Source of the DNA: Minutocellus sp. GHC0000111
Lineage: Eukaryota
Direction of reading: 5' to 3'
Assembly: GCA_977018835.1 (NCBI GenBank)
Contig: OZ361258.1
Coordinates: 3,534,001-3,598,000, forward strand
DNA length: 64,000 nt
Positions 62,165 through 64,000 of the stretch are shown in pieces (position 1 is the first letter of the stretch; each line of letters opens with the position of its first letter). Position numbers and translations under genes: made by a program. The notes under the pieces are model-generated. The model ran no database searches. It had not been told where the DNA came from and worked only from the letters and a program-made list of their open reading frames with translations.

Positions 62165-63063
62165 GGTCGATGTGAAGTCGTACTGTATTTGTGCTGCAAT
62201 CTGCGTGTTGGTGATTTCTCATGCACAATTATTGCAGCACGTTAGGTGCTCGTTTTTTTAATCGCGCTCCAAGCAAGGGAACTTTCAAATGATTTCCTCA
62301 AAGCTGCTTGTATTGCATCGCCACCAAGCAGTTTACCATGACGATAATTCGCGATAATTCGCTACTACACGACGCCCTGTCAAGCAAGCAGGTGCCTGTG
62401 CCATAAAATTGAGCGGTGCGCGCTGATACGAAGAGATTGGCACTTGCTCGCTTGGCCGGCAATTGTTGCTTTGGAGGGAGACGTTGCCTGGTCTGCTCAA
62501 ATTTCACTGTGCCGCGCATGCGCGAGCCGGCTTTTTGCAATTCAAATGCTGTGCGAGGCTTGGCCGGCTCGCAAATAGGAACCCGGATGGCACAAACAAA
62601 AATTGGCCATCTCTCAGCGGTTGTGTCAGAAGCATGCAGTTGAAACGAAAGGCCAGTCGGAGCTTTCGGACCTTGACAAATTCCGGGAACATTGGTTGAA
62701 CCCTTTTCACTTCGAATTGCGATCTTTCGGACCTTGTTCTTTAGGAAGCATTGACAACCCCGGGAGCCAAAGCTCAGGAACAGTACCACATCAGACGCTC
62801 GAGATCGTGCGGTTGTTTCAGATTCCGTCGTATTTTTTTTGCACCGGCGATGTTTTTAGGATGTTTTTTCTGCATCATTTCATCATCGTCGTCTCATAAG
62901 AATTCCTAATAAAACGTATCATATGGGCTCAATTCTCTTCTATCATACACGTAGAGGAATTATGCAGTCGTTCTGTGTGCGAGTCGTTCTGTGTGCGGAT
63001 ATTTACGATTGCCGCCGAAACCAGACCAGATGTCTTTTTGCTTTGTTGGTGCCACGTCTTTGT

Positions 63064-63093
63064 GGCCTACATGTAGAGATCTACATGTAGGCC
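63064..63093. repeat. 14-bp inverted repeat with a 2-nt spacer (GGCCTACATGTAGA-GA-TCTACATGTAGGCC)
   Basis: Arms are exact reverse complements. Confidence 0.9.
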
Positions 63094-63252
63094 TACATCT
63101 CTGCTCGTTCGGTGCTCCAACTTTTCCATCATATTTTATTTTATTTTATTTCACTTCACTTCATTTCGTTTCTTCCTCGACCAAGCCAAGTCGATCTTTT
63201 GTTGACGAACCAAACGAACGCCACATCCCACAAAGCCACCTACGCCAAAACC

Positions 63253-64000
63253 ATGCTCCTATCTTCCTCCTCTCCCACGCGATCCAGCATCCTCGATGCG
63301 ATTCGCCGAGCTCGTCGCATCTCCAAGCTGTCTGTAGGCCACGACGAAAGCGGCAATCCGATCGATGCGGACCTTGTCTCCATCCAGACGATCGATTCCA
63401 TCCTTCGCCAGAAGACCAGGCGCATCACCGATATCGAGATCGAGCGAACTGCCTCAAAGACGTTCCTCCTTGACGAAGCAACTGGCCTCCTTGCATCTTC
63501 GACACCAGCAGTTCAGGATGAAAACCTGCCTGGTGCTCATCTCAGCATCGAATCCACGAAGCCGCCCTCGTCCACAAACACACACAATCCCATGAGCACT
63601 GCGTCTACTACAAGTGAGAGCAATCCTTCTACTGGTGCATGTATCCCCACCAGCGAGTCTAGCTTCGCCTTTGTCATTACCGACATCGAACCAATTAGTC
63701 TCAAGTCATCGATGAAGATTATTTCCCAGAAGGAATCTCTTCGCACGGCCTACCTGAGCAGATCGGACAGAATCACAAGGGACCAGCAGGTTATGATCGA
63801 GCGCGACGCTCTCTACGCCGAGCTGCGCGAGCTCATCCCCTCCACTCCTCGTCGACCTATCCGTCGAGGACGGCGCAGTCATTCTCGTCGTCAGGACACC
63901 GGCGAAGATACTTCAGAGCCCGCTGATCTAGCCGAGGAACGGATTGAGCTCATCAAGAAACAGGCACAAGCGCTCCACGTGCTTCATCCTGATGCCTTCT
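63253..64000 (+). CDS. Hypothetical ORF running off the window end (possibly TE gag/ORF1-like)
   Basis: ATG at 63253 (MLLSSSSPTRSSILDAIRR...) with no stop seen to 64000; absent from the ORF track because it is unterminated. Confidence 0.5.
   Translation, partial: MLLSSSSPTRSSILDAIRRARRISKLSVGHDESGNPIDADLVSIQTIDSILRQKTRRITDIEIERTASKTFLLDEATGLLASSTPAVQDENLPGAHLSIESTKPPSSTNTHNPMSTASTTSESNPSTGACIPTSESSFAFVITDIEPISLKSSMKIISQKESLRTAYLSRSDRITRDQQVMIERDALYAELRELIPSTPRRPIRRGRRSHSRRQDTGEDTSEPADLAEERIELIKKQAQALHVLHPDAF

Overview
Eukaryotic nuclear sequence, most consistent with a diatom: GT-AG introns, ASAFAP-type plastid presequences, a CoDi-like Copia element, an iota-carbonic anhydrase and diatom-specific protein families. 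About 25 protein-coding loci are visible. They include an intron-rich alpha-tubulin broken by an 8-bp insertion (plus two further tubulin fragments), a TrmH methyltransferase, a BASS symporter, EXO1, a STAND-type AAA-ATPase/TPR protein, a Myb protein, an amidohydrolase, an LCIP63-like iota-CA and a kelch protein. Mobile DNA comprises an internally deleted Copia with LTRs and a 5-bp TSD, a LINE endonuclease relic, a Transib/RAG1-like transposase relic and a Helitron-like domain inside a host ORF. The most striking observation is that the same 8-bp unit (TA to TA-CCTAGG-TA) occurs at a TA site in two unrelated loci, the tubulin exon and one Copia LTR, and intergenic DNA is dense with nested TA-bounded palindromes. 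This suggests a TA-targeted palindromic micro-insertion or footprint process. Other leads are a small plastid protein with two repeats and a Pro/Ala linker (candidate Rubisco/pyrenoid linker), an iota-CA with a possible Tat/thylakoid leader, and many frameshifted genes (decay or assembly error). All family assignments come from motif recognition by eye; no database search was run.
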